Positions 37,380-50,399 of a stretch of DNA of 64,000 bases are shown here, piece after piece. How positions within the stretch are numbered: the first letter of the stretch is position 1; the number at the start of each line of letters is the position of its first letter. The notes under the pieces are model-generated. The model saw only the letters and a list, made by a program, of their open reading frames with translations, had not been told where the DNA came from and did no database searches. Where the stretch lies: positions 1,364,001 to 1,428,000 of the forward strand of contig JBODTK010000015.1 in assembly GCA_050613775.1 (NCBI GenBank), read 5' to 3'. Origin of the DNA: Neocallimastix sp. 'constans'. Its lineage: Eukaryota. A program made the translations under genes and the position numbers.

Positions 37380-40300
37380 TTATGTAATTTATTATAGTGT
37401 CCTTTATATTTATGTTTCATTTATTAATTATTGAGTTTATTTTATATTGTATAAATTTATGTTATAAATTTTTTTAATATTATGTATAACTTCATATATT
37501 TAACAAATGTACTCACGTGATATTTTTTTAAAAAACCTACATGTTTCAAGAAACTACTTTAATTAAAGACCAACGCCTTCACGTAAGATTCAACTTCAGA
37601 GAGTGGAAGTTTCTTATTTCAAACGCTGCCAAAACTTACGGTATTAAGGATTTTTTGGAAGTTTATATTATTGATCATTTAAATGATGAATTCTTTATTT
37701 ACGTTCCAAACGATAATGATGCAACCAACAGGACCATTATTAACATTATTATCAATTTAAACCTCCCAATCCTAGGTCAAGAACCAGCTCCTATTCAAAC
37801 AGCACTGTTGTACAAACATTTGCAAACAATAATGCTCTACCGGCTGCTAACAATAACTAACAATAAGCACCAGCTATTGTTAATAATAATATTCTAAATC
37901 CATTATTGAATCAAAAGATTAATTATCAAAGAGGTTGAGAAAATTGATGCCAAATTGATATTACCGTATTACAGAAAGACTCAAGGGAAAATACAATAAC
38001 AAAAATATTTATATGGAGTACTGGTTTTAAAGACTCAGAAGTATAAAGCCAAAGAATAAAAATGAAGTAAATAGAATGTTAAATCAAGATTAGCCAAAAA
38101 ATAAAAATGAAGTAAATAGAATGTTAGACTAAGCAAAGGAAATCTTCACCAAAATGGAAGAATTTGAACAAAATCAAAATTTAATTAACTCTTCCAATGG
38201 AACAAAATCAAGATTAAAAAACGGGATAAGTATAAAAATTATCTAAGTATTTTTTTTATATAAAATTAATCAATTTCCTATCAAAATATATAATTTCAAT
38301 AGTCCTAAAATAATAGGAAATGACATAATGCAGATAGGAAAACTAGATGATAAAAGTATTGAAATATAGCATAAAAGATTAGGCTAACCCATTTTTGCCA
38401 AAGTTATTTATCTAGATACCTAGAGCTACTTAATATAAAAACATCTCCTTACATAGATACTGCAAAATTTCTAAGATGAGTAGGGAATCTCACATAGGAG
38501 AAACTCCAAAAGCAAAAAAAAAAAAACTCAAAGAAATAATATTCATTCAGACATTTCTAAGATTTATAACATATCAATTAATGATAAGAAATACTTCCTT
38601 ACAGTAATGGATAAATTCCCAAGAAAAAACTGAATATTTTCACTTAAATTAAAAGCTGAAACTCTAAATATAATAACAGAATTCTTTACCTACTTAAATA
38701 ATTAATTCGAAGATTATATAGTATAAATATTTAAATCTGATGGAGAAATGGACTATAAAAACAAAAAAGCAAATAAATATTGTAAATAAAATAACATTGA
38801 AAAGGTATATTCTTGAATAAATGAAAAAGCTGAAAAAATTAATAACACACTTTGAAATTCAGCAATAACAAATATATTGAGATAAATTATCAGAAAATTT
38901 ATGGAATTTTGCTATAAAGCACTCTTACTATAAATATAATATGATTCCACATTAAACAAACAATAATCTAATTCCTGAGGAAGTATTTTATAATGAAAAA
39001 GTAGTTAAAAAATATCTAAGGACTTTCGGGTATGTATGTTACTACAGAGACTAAAATCTTCATAAATCAAAATTTATACCAAATTCAAAAAAAAGGAATT
39101 TTGTTTGGATTTGATAAAAAGAAATATTCATATATTATTATGAATATAGAAAATAAAAAAATAAACTACATTAATGATATTGAATTAATTGAAGAAGAAC
39201 CAAAAAAAATTTGAAAATCCAAGAAATAGCTACTAAGACCGCAATTTCTCTTTCATGAAAATGGACATTGATGAGGAAAACATCTGAAATAAAATTTTTC
39301 AAAAATTGAACCAAAAACTATTGGTCAAAATAAAATCATCAAAACCTAGTTCATCAAATAGTGAATAATTCAAATAATGCTCTCTTAATTTCACGTGATA
39401 AATCATACATAAATATCAAAACCTTTAAATACTGATAAAATATATATGATCAGAACAACAATATTAATGATATTCATAAATATAATAAACTATAAAAATT
39501 ATTCAAAAAATGACAAAAATTTTAAAATAAAATTTTTTATAGAAACAACTACAATAAAAATTCAAATTTTAAAAATTCCAACACACCCTCAAATAAAATT
39601 ATCAATAATTCACTTGATTCATCTAATATGCAAAATAATAATACTTTAAATAATTAAACTTCAATCGAAGTTTCATATAATATTATAATGTCATGTAGTA
39701 TTTCTTCAAATGTCGATCATAATTCTAATACTCATAATTCATATCAAACTAATAATAATTTTTACAAATTTTATAATTTTAATAATTTGATCAATACTAC
39801 TTATAATCCACAAAATCCTGAAATTTTATACCAATATAACCAATCTCTTACAACTATATCTTAAAATATTATTAAATCTAATGAAAATAAAATTATGGAT
39901 GATTAATATTGATGAAATTGATTATACCTATTCTTCCAGAAAAAGATCATTACCTCCAAATTCTCCTAATTCCAAAACAGTTATTCCTTCTATTCTAGAA
40001 CTATAAGAAGAAAATTAGATCCCAATGATACCTATATGATTTCATCTATTTATTCTGATTCCCCAAATAGCTATAATAAAGCAATTAATTACAGCAATAA
40101 AATTACTATTAAAGATAAATTAATAATTTTTTATTTAAAAAAGATTATAAATATTGCTTCAAAAGTTCCTCCAGGTAAAAACATTATTTCTACTAAATGG
40201 GTTCTAGCTACTAAAAGAGACAGTAATAATTTTATTTATAAATATAAAGCTCGTCTTATTGTCCAGATGTTTCCGTCAAAAATGGGGTATTGATTATGAT

Positions 40301-40820
40301 CTAACTTATTCCCCTACTTTAGATATTGATAATCTTATTCTTATTTTAGCTTTATCTGCTGCTTTTCACTGGAATATCTTCCAACTTGATAATAAGAATA
40401 CTTATCGTAATACTCCTTTAGATAAGAATGAAAAAATAAGAAAATTTTTAATTAATAATAATTTTAAATAAATAAAAGACGAATAATACATATTCAAATA
40501 TACAGTAAATAATAATATTAAATGTATAATTGGACTCTACATTAATGATGTAGTTATTGCTGAAGATACAGAATAAGTATAAATAAATTTTAAAAAAAGG
40601 GAGTTATAACTACTTAATAATTATACTATATATTCATATATTATTATATAAAATAATGTAAAAAAAGGGATTGATAACTACTTAATAATTATACTATATA
40701 TTTATATATTATCTTATATAATATTGAAGTATATAGTTACGCTTTATGTAAATTAGTTTATACATTTACTTTATATTGTATAAATTTATTTTAACCTTAT
40801 AAATATTTTATGTAACAAAT
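37380..40820 (+). mobile_element. Decayed, internally deleted Ty1/copia LTR retrotransposon
   Basis: Gag-like ORF at 37541. I*HKRLG* (38364-38387, GAG-pre-integrase WHxRLGH). IIHSDI...KYFLTVMD...KSDG integrase core (38534-38745); YLRTFG. RT motifs TKWV...YKARL, RQKWGIDY..TYSPT, QLD, GLYINDV (decayed YVDD, ~40530-40552). Integrase precedes RT. Polypurine tract at 40582-40593; shared tttatattgtataaattt at ~37441 and ~40770 suggests eroded LTRs. RNase H not seen. Confidence 0.85.
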
Positions 40821-41355
40821 TTATTCATGTGCTGTAAGTTCTATATAAAATATCATGAATGTACTATTCACTTTTCTATCCTTCTCAACCATAAAACTTT
40901 AGTATTATGATACTAAATATATAAGCAACATATATTAAATAAATATCGTATTTTTTTAATTATTATAAGGTTTTGAATATAGGTTTGAATAAATAACTTT
41001 TTATTAAAAAAGTTGACAATAAATTAAAATATAATTGATTTTAATTATTAAAAAAGTTGACAATAAATTAAAAATATAATTGATTATTGAGAAGTAAAAT
41101 GATTAGTATTAAATGAAATTATTACACGTGATATATAGTATAAATTTAAATTTTAATAATAAATAACATAGATTTATGAAGTTTTCATAGAAATATTTTA
41201 TTATTATTTTTATATTTGCTTTATTTAATATTCATTGCTATTATTTATTTATTTATTATTATTTAATGTTTTATAATTTATCTATTTAAAATTATTTATT
41301 TATTTTTATTTATATATACATTTATTATTTGTTGATTATTTAATTACTTAGTTTT

Positions 41356-41430
<75 letters not shown>

Positions 41431-42418
41431 CATATATTTTATAAATTTAAATTGAAATATATATTAATTTATCTAAATATGATACTAGTCATTAACTTGA
41501 CCGTGACATTGAAACGATTGGTTCATTCCTATGTATTATATTTTACTATAATAGATAGTTTCTATATAATTAATCTTAATTAATATTAAAATGAAAATTT
41601 TAATACATAATTTTAATATATAATTAAAAAAAAAAAACAATTGAAAGTGGACTAATTTTAATTTATTATATTTATTAAAAAAATTTTTTTTGGAAATTTT
41701 AATTTAAAAATTTGGTAGTAATAAATGATTTTAATAATATGAATATTATTATTAATAACAAATTATCATATGTAATAAAAATATTTTTATTTTTAATTTT
41801 TTAATTTATTCAATAATTTACTGCATAAACTATATTTTTTATTTTTTTGAAATTATATTAATATTATTTTAATTTTATTTTATATAATTTTTAATTTTAT
41901 TTTATATTATATTTGTTATAATTATATTATTATTATTTATTATTTAATCCTCTTTAATATTATTTAATTAAATTCTATTTTATATATATATATATTTTTT
42001 TTATTAAAAACAGATAGATTTCTTGTGTTTAATATAGTATGTAATACTATAATATTTAATATGTTGTATTTTAATTTATTTAATTTTAAATAATTGAAAC
42101 AAAATGAAATATTATTCAAAAAAGGAAGGAAAAAAAGCTATTTTTAAATAATAATAGTTTAATTATTATTATTAAATATTTATGACAAATTTTTGATTAA
42201 AGAAAAATAATAGTAAATAGTAGTGGTAATAATAATAATAAATCAAAAAAAAAAATTTTTCTAAATATTAACTTCTTTGAAAATTTTAAATTTTAATTTC
42301 GAAAAAAAAAAAAAAAAAAGTATATTATTTTTTTATAAAAAAGAATGATTTATATTATTTTAAAAAAAAAAATAATAAAGTAATATAGAATAAAGTATAG
42401 AATAAAAGCAAAATTATA

Positions 42419-44428
42419 ATGGAAAAAAGATCTAATTGTATTAAAGTTGAAGATGAATGTAAAGATATATTTGAAATATATAAATTGGATTATTCTGAAG
42501 ATTCTTTTGAATTAGAATATAAAAAATATGATAAGCTTGTTAAAGATGATCTGAAAAATTTACCATATTATAAAACAAATTTATGTTATAGAACATATAA
42601 CAAATATAAAAGTAATAAATAATAATAATTTTTATTTTTTAATAAAAATTATAAAATAAAATTAAATTTTGAAAATTAACATTATGTTAAATAATTCCAT
42701 AAAATATAAAATAATAATAATAATAATAATAATTAGGTAGATGCATAGAAAATGATAGAGTTTTACCAATGTGTAAGAGTGTTTGTGAAACTTTCAACAA
42801 GAAATTTGATGAATTTCAAAATGTTTCAAGTACTTATTCTTCAATTTGTGAAGGTTATCCTGAAACCAATTGCTATGACGGTAGTGAAATGGAAAAGAAA
42901 TATTATGGTAAATATAAAAATTTTTAATAAAAATGAATGAAAACAAAAAAAAAAAAAAAATTAAAATAAAATAAAATAAAATACTAATTTGTTAATAATA
43001 TTATTAGGATACGATTCATTAGAAAAATATTGTAAATATTCAGATGATAAAAGCAAAATTTCTTGTGATGGAAAAGCAAATGATAAAACACCTACTAGCG
43101 GTAATGCAAAAAGTGAAACTAAGAATAATTCTCCAACAAAAAATAAATCAAATAATTCAACAATCTACATTAGTATAGGAGTTGGAGTTTTAGTTATTAT
43201 TATACTAATAGCCAGTTTTTGCTTGTTTAAAAGGAAAAAGTCAAAAAAATCCAAAAATAATGATAAAATAGCACCAAAAGAAAATAAATACTTTTTAAAT
43301 AGAATTAATGTTGTAGAATCAAGCATGGAAACTATTAGTGAACGTTTTAAAAGATTTGAAAATGATGCAAAAACTTCAAATCTTCAATTATTAGATGAAC
43401 AATTAAATAAAGGAATAGATGAAATCGAAAAAATGAATAGAGATCGTTTTAAATCCCTTTATGATAATACAATAAGTACTAAAGAAATTTTAGAATCAGC
43501 TACAGTAATTCCAGGAGATAAAACTAGACCTGAATCATCAAATTATAGTTTTAATAACGACATAGTTCAAAATGAAAATAATAATACTAATAACGGTGAC
43601 AATAATAACGATCAAAGTGATAATGCTTCAAATTCAACCACCTTAACAAATGAATATATGATTGTTAAATATCCATTTGAAATAACACAAGATGATGAAA
43701 TTAAATTAGAACCTGGTGACTGTATAAAACTTGAAAAAATATATAGTGATGGTTGGGCAGCAGGTTATAATATCAATAGAAAATCTTATGGTGCATTCCC
43801 AATGATATGTTGTGGTGATATTTTGGATAAAGATGGTAATGTTTTAGTTAAAATGGATCATTCACAATTAGGAGAGGAACAACAATCACGAGATGAAGAA
43901 TATATTAAAATTGATAGAAATAGTAGACGTGCTTCTGTGGTACCATCAGAAATTACTAGAAGAAGTCAAATAAGAGAATCAGTCCTCAGCTTTAATGATT
44001 CTGAAATTAATATTTTTGGCGTAAGTAGTTTTGGAGGTCAAAAAAATTCTTCCATAAGAAATTCTTCAATAAGTGATAATAGTGGTTCTGGAGTTCAGAG
44101 AACTTCAACATTTAATTCTATTTTAAGTCCATTAGCCAATGAAGCCAATAACTCTATGTCAATTCAAAGAAATTCAACATTTAATTCTAGTGGAAATATA
44201 TTAGTCAATGGTAATGAAATTAGTAGTATTGAGGTTGAAAGAACCTCGACGGTTAATTCGGTTGGAGTTCCATTAGCGAATGATTCAGGAATTCCAAGAA
44301 GCACGACGTTCAATACACCAACAATAGTTGTAAGTAATGCTAATGATAATACTTCACCAAATATTAATACTATTGAAGAAGAAGAAGATAAAAATTCATC
44401 AAAAGAATCCTTATTACACTCAAATTAA
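42419..44428 (+). CDS. Single-pass membrane protein: Cys-rich ectodomain, TM helix, cytoplasmic SH3 domain, Ser/Thr-rich tail (5' end probably incomplete)
   Basis: Exons 42419-42611, 42737-42907, 43008-44428 join in phase. Cys-rich ...LCY...RCIENDRVLPMCKSVCETF...ICEGYPETNCYDG...YC...SC; TM IYISIGVGVLVIIILIASFCLF followed by KRKKSKK; SH3 VKYPFEITQDDEIKLEPGDCIKLEKIYSDGWAAGYN...GAFPMICC. An in-frame acceptor at 42399-42400 suggests upstream exons. Confidence 0.85.
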
Positions 44429-44687
44429 TTATTTAAATAATTTATATTTATTTATTTAGTTTAGTTTTTTTTTTATTTTATTTTATTTTTTTTTTTTACT
44501 TTTTAATTTTTAATCTTGTAATTTTATTTTTTATTATTATTATTATCATTATTTTATTATAATTGTAATTTTTTTTTTTTTTCATTCTTAGTTAATATTA
44601 AAATAAAAAAAAAATAAGTTTTGTAATAAGTAAAAAAAAAATAAAAAAATTATATTTTTTAAAAAAAAATGTATAAAATAAAATAAA

Positions 44688-44731
<44 letters not shown>

Positions 44732-45131
44732 AATAATAATAAAAAAAAAAAAAAGAAAAAATATAAATGAAATAAAAACAAAGAAAGAATTAATACCTTT
44801 TTTTTTTTTTTTTTTGATTTTTAATTTTATTTTATATATATATATATATATCTCAACTACTTTTTTTTTTTTTTTTTTTTTTACTCATTTTTAATAAATA
44901 TTAAAATAAAAATTTTTAAGTTATTACAATAACTTATTACATATTCTATTATATTATTACATATTATAATAATATTATTTTATTACTTATTACAATAAGT
45001 AATAAAATAATATAATATATTTCATTATATTATTTTTTTTTTTTTATAATATAATAAATAAAATATTACTAATTATAAAAAAAAAAAAAATTAAATTTTA
45101 AATTTTAAAAATTTAACTACAATAATAATAT

Positions 45132-45162
<31 letters not shown>

Positions 45163-46265
45163 AAAAAATAATTTATTATTTAAAATTTAACAATACTAAT
45201 TATTATTAAATAATAAATTATAAAGGTCAAAAAAAAAAGAGAGAGAGAGATAATTGAATATCATAATATTAATTTTCTTGGGAAGTAAGAGAAAAAGGAA
45301 AAAAAAAAAAAAAATTTTTTTTTTTTTTTTCGTGAAAACCAAACAAAATCATTTAATATAGATATTAAATTTTTTTAAAAAAAAAAAAAAAAAAAAATGA
45401 AAAATGGTTACACATATATTTAGGTAGAAATGGTTACACATCACCAACATTTAAAACTATTAAAATTTATGATAATTTTAAAAAGTTTATTCATAAAAAA
45501 AAATATATATATATATATTATATATATTTTATTTTTATATATATTATAATTTAAAATTAACATTATCCATTTTCTTTTTTTTTACATATATATAAATAAT
45601 AATCATTAAAAGAAATGGTAATATTATTATAGAACTAAAAAATTTTAGTTCAATATTATTATTATTTATACTATGCTAAATAATAAAACAATATAAAAAA
45701 AAGTTTTATAGATAATAGTTCATAATGTAAATATATTAAAAAAAAAAAATAAAAAGTAGCCATTAAATTTTAACTTTATTTATTATTTATTTATTTATTA
45801 TTTATTTATTTATTATTTATTTATTTATTATTTATTATTTATTATTAATTATTTATTATTTATTATTTATTATTTATTATTTATTTATTTATTTATTATT
45901 TATTATTTATTATTTATTATTTATAATTAATTATTTATTATTTATTATTTATTATTATTATTTATAATTTATTATTTATTATTTATTATTTATTATTTAT
46001 TATTTATTATTTATTATTTTTTATTTTTTATTTATAATTTTTATTTATTTATTATTTTTATTATTCATTTAATTGTTATTTTATCATCTATTCAATTAAT
46101 ATTTTTATTATTTATTTAATTATTATTTTTTATTCAATTATTTATTATTTATTATTTATTGTTTAATTATTTATTATTTATTATTTATTATTTTTTTTTT
46201 ATTTATAATTTTTATTTATTTATTATTTTTATTATTATTATTTTCTATCAACTATTTAATTATAA

Positions 46266-46329
<64 letters not shown>

Positions 46330-46331
46330 TT

Positions 46332-47226
46332 TAGGCTCCTGATAATATTGATATATCAACATGGTTTTGAACATATATTTGTCATAAAACCCTGTATGTT
46401 TATTAATAACTTGGAGCCTATATTAATAGATGGTCAAAACAGCAATGATTGTATATGAACTATATATGTTTTGAATGTTCAATAAGCCATAAAAACCTGT
46501 TATTTAATTGAAATATAGCTGTTGTGGCTGTATATGAACTATATGGTTTTGAGGTTAATATCAACAATATATGTAGTCATTGTTGTTATTAAAATTCCAG
46601 AATGATGACGATATTGATAAACATATGCATATATTGCTAATATAAGTGTATTTATATTAAAACTATGCATATATTTGATTATTATTTTTTATTTTATTTT
46701 TGTTTTTATTTTTATTTTTGATGAAAATGATATGGTTTTTAGCATAGTTTTAGCATCAAAACCCTATGTTGTTCATCTATTAATATAAGCTCCAGAATAA
46801 AGACATATTGTATTTGTATGCCATTTAACAACAATCATCGATAATATATACAAACATCGCTGCAAAATGACCCTGTTTATGAACATAAAATGCACATATT
46901 TGGCATACAAATACAATCATTCAACCATATTGTTTATAATAATAATATTAATAATAATTGTTGTTGTTATGATTTTGAATGCCTGGAACAATATAGTTAT
47001 TATTTGCATATATTTATCGATATTTTGCATTGTTTATTGATAAAATCACAGCAGTTTTGACCATAAAAGGCATTCAAAATCATCATATTGCAACATTGTT
47101 CATATAATAATATATGCAGAAGTATAGCAATGTTGTGCAAAACCTAGCTAGTTGAACAACATATGTTTTTTGATCGTTCAACTCGTCAAAAACATGCTCA
47201 GAATCCTAAAACTAGCTAGGTTTGCA
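46332..47226. repeat. Array of consecutive inverted-repeat stem-loops, unassigned
   Basis: Inverted-repeat pairs: 46332-46339/46413-46420 (8 bp), 46412-46432/46774-46794 (20 of 21), 46807-46823/46901-46917 (17 bp perfect), 46969-46984/47068-47083 (16 bp perfect), 47091-47098/47128-47135 (8 bp), 47140-47153/47210-47223 (14 bp perfect). Confidence 0.85.
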
Positions 47227-47254
47227 ATCACTATAAACACTATCATTTATATTT

Positions 47255-47445
47255 TATTTTTATTAACACATTCAGTCTGCCTATCTGTTTGTCTGGTTGA
47301 TGATGGTTACACTAGGGAGTTTATGATCAATACACAACAAACTACAACTACATAATCGGTCCAAAAAAAAAAAAAAAAGTTGTAAATCGAGTACCTTTAT
47401 CTGAAATAATTTTCATTGAGAGAATTCATGTGATAAGAAAAAGGT

Positions 47446-47480
<35 letters not shown>

Positions 47481-47740
47481 CATTAGAGGCAATACAATAC
47501 AAGTAGAAGGAAGCAATTCTAAATGGAATAAAATGATCCCTTTTTTTTTTTTTTTTTTTTTTTTTGAAAAGCTGTCAGCAATAACCATAATTAGTTTTGT
47601 TTCTTGACCTTGATTTTTTGGGAGATCAGAGGATAAAATCTGTGGAAATAGATTAACTATGACTTCTTCGGAGTAGGTAAAGGAACCAAATAAACTGTTA
47701 TGGCTTAGGTCTATCATCTTTTTTTGCAGAACCATAAATT
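47255..47740 (-). mobile_element. Ty3/gypsy integrase core remnant
   Basis: Minus-strand broken frames read VPLPTPKKS..ISTDFI.DLP..Q...IMVIADSFSK, IISDKGTRFT and CIDHKLPS..H.RQTDRQTECVNK, matching gypsy PLP.P..PW..ISMDFITDLP / SDRG.QFT / HPQTDGQTERVN. Confidence 0.85.
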
Positions 47741-47918
47741 GAAGAAGTTTTTTTAATGTATTCTATAATATGATAAGTAAAATTTAATCAAATAAACTAT
47801 TGAAACTAATACCTATAAAAAAAATTAATAAAAAAAAAAAAAATTTTTTTTTTTATTGAAAGAACAATATTTTTTAAAATTTTTTTTTGAAATTTTTGAA
47901 ACTTCAATATTTGAAATT

Positions 47919-47971
<53 letters not shown>

Positions 47972-48299
47972 TAAGTTCTCCTTCCCATTCTTTAAATATT
48001 GATAATAAATATTTAAATATTTCCAATTTTAGAAATTATTTTCAACTTTGTCAGAAGAAACGTAATTCCTTACTTCATTGATATCTTTAATTGATTCATT
48101 TTGAGAACTTTGATTAAGAAATTCCATAGATGTTGGAACAGAAAGTCCTAATTCTAAAGTATGAAATATAAGATGATGTTTTGGAAATGGAGGTCTTCAT
48201 GTATCAATTTTTTTTTTTTTTTATGTAATTGTTATTTTCTAGAACTTCAAATATTTAATATTATATAGTATATAGTTAAAAGGAATCAGTTTTAAACTA

Positions 48300-48785
48300 T
48301 TTTCTATGTTAAGAGATAGAGGGGACTTATATCCAAACTAAATTACCTTCATTAAATACTGGAGGAGAAATTCTTTTTCTTATCTGAATAGAATTTATAT
48401 AATTCTTTCGAATGCATTATATATAACATTTTTTTAAGTATAATTAAATCATATATGTACTTATACATTTTTTTTTATATATTTACTACTAATATCCTTT
48501 TGTGGATAATACAAAATAATATTTGGCCATAGATGGATGGAACCTATAATTAATGACAAAAAAAAAGAAAAAAATGTGTTTCCTTTGTGGTTTCATTAAA
48601 AAAAGAGTTATTAACACGAAATTCTGCAAATTCAATCCAATCCATCCAAATTATCATAGTAATAGGCTCTTTGAATAGGCTCTTAAATCCTTGTTTCTAT
48701 TAAAAGAGTAGCAACGTTTCAACTTGGTCAATTTTTTTTTTTTTTTCGTGATGGTCAATAGGTAACAATCCTTGATTTTTTTACT

Positions 48786-48827
<42 letters not shown>

Positions 48828-49031
48828 TAGTATATTTATAAATTCTCATCCAAAGAGCCCTCGTAAATTAAGATCCGCTATAAATATTTTAAGGTTAAGT
48901 TCTCACATCAAAATGACCCGCAGTAGACTTTTCGTAATACTTTGTTAATATTTCTAATTTCAGAGCTTCAGGGATGTAAATTAAATTATTTATATAAAAT
49001 TAAATTATCTTTTTAGTTTAAATTAAAATTA

Positions 49032-49070
<39 letters not shown>

Positions 49071-49206
49071 TTATCCTTTTTCGTTTAGACTTTTTCCTTT
49101 CTTCCTCAATGGCTTATATGACATGCTATTTTTAATATTTAATGAACTAAAGTGCAATTTTAATATCTTCAAAGGTTGCATCTAATTTTGTGGAATCAAT
49201 AATCTT

Positions 49207-49242
<36 letters not shown>

Positions 49243-49570
49243 TCATTTTACAACTCCAACATAGTATGTAACTTCTTCAAATATTTATATATATATATAT
49301 ATAGATTCAGTGTCATTTTCTTCCATTACTATGCCGTTATTTTTCATATAGTCTGATCTTCTAGAAAGGTTATTTGGTTTACCGTTTTTTTTTTTTGTTT
49401 TTTTGTTTTTTTGTTTTTTATCTCTTTATTAATTATATATTCCTAAAAGAATAGATGCCATCTATGTTGTCTTTGATTGCCTATTTTACCACCATGGGGT
49501 ATAAATTAAATTATGATGATCAGTATAAATGATTTAACTTTAGGTTTTGCTCCAGGTAGTAAATGTCATC
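48300..49570 (-). mobile_element. Second Ty3/gypsy pol remnant (RNase H end, integrase Zn finger, integrase C-terminal half)
   Basis: In order on the minus strand: HLLPGAK..IYTDHHNL..NQRQHRWHLF, GKPNNLSRRSDY, YIPEALKLEILTKYYEKSTAGHF, SGS*FTRALW, AEFRVNNS..ETTKETHFF..NYRFHP, YSDKKRISPPVFNEGNLVWI. RNase H precedes integrase, the gypsy order. Confidence 0.88.
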
Positions 49571-49806
49571 TATAAATGTTTGAAAAAATTATTTTATTTA
49601 TTTTATTTTTAAAATATTAGAAATGGCTCCAGCAATAAATTTATTTTTACTAATTAATTATTAATAGTTAATAAGATATAGATAACACTAATTAGATATT
49701 TAAACCTTATTCTATAAAATTTAAATTTAAAAATAAAAAAACAAAAAAAAATTATATATATATACTGAAAACAAATCTATATTAACAATTTTAATAATTA
49801 TTAAAA

Positions 49807-49842
<36 letters not shown>

Positions 49843-49953
49843 TTTTTATTAATAATAAAAGATTTAAAAAGTTAAAAACACAATGAAAGTATAAAGAAAT
49901 AAAATAATTATATTTTCGATGATTTAATAGTATAGTAAATCATTTCTGATTCA

Positions 49954-49986
<33 letters not shown>

Positions 49987-50035
49987 TTATTGTTGTTTAT
50001 GAAAAATAAAAGATTTTCTATTAACATGAAACAAA

Positions 50036-50077
<42 letters not shown>

Positions 50078-50178
50078 TAAAACAAAATATTTTTAACTTT
50101 TATTAATTATATAAAATCATTTATTATATATTATTTATACGAATAATCAATTTAACTTTGATTTTAAATCATTTTAAT

Positions 50179-50230
<52 letters not shown>

Positions 50231-50399
50231 ATTTTTATTTATTATAAGCATAAATATTTATATAATATATAGGTTAAGAACGTAATTAAGATCGCATAAT
50301 TTCAATATAGAATATTTATAGATAATATGGCTTTGATTTTTATTTATATTTAATTATATGAATATTACATGAAAGAGGATATTACAGTTTAATAAAAAT

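Noticed and set aside
37505..37522. aatgtactcacgtga as the copia primer-binding site
   Set aside because: Right position, but it lacks a clean TGG start and I cannot match it to a specific tRNA.
38364..40552. RIP-like or deaminase hypermutation in the copia remnant (TGG to TAG, GAT to AAT)
   Set aside because: Too few sites without a consensus alignment; general AT-biased decay explains it equally well.
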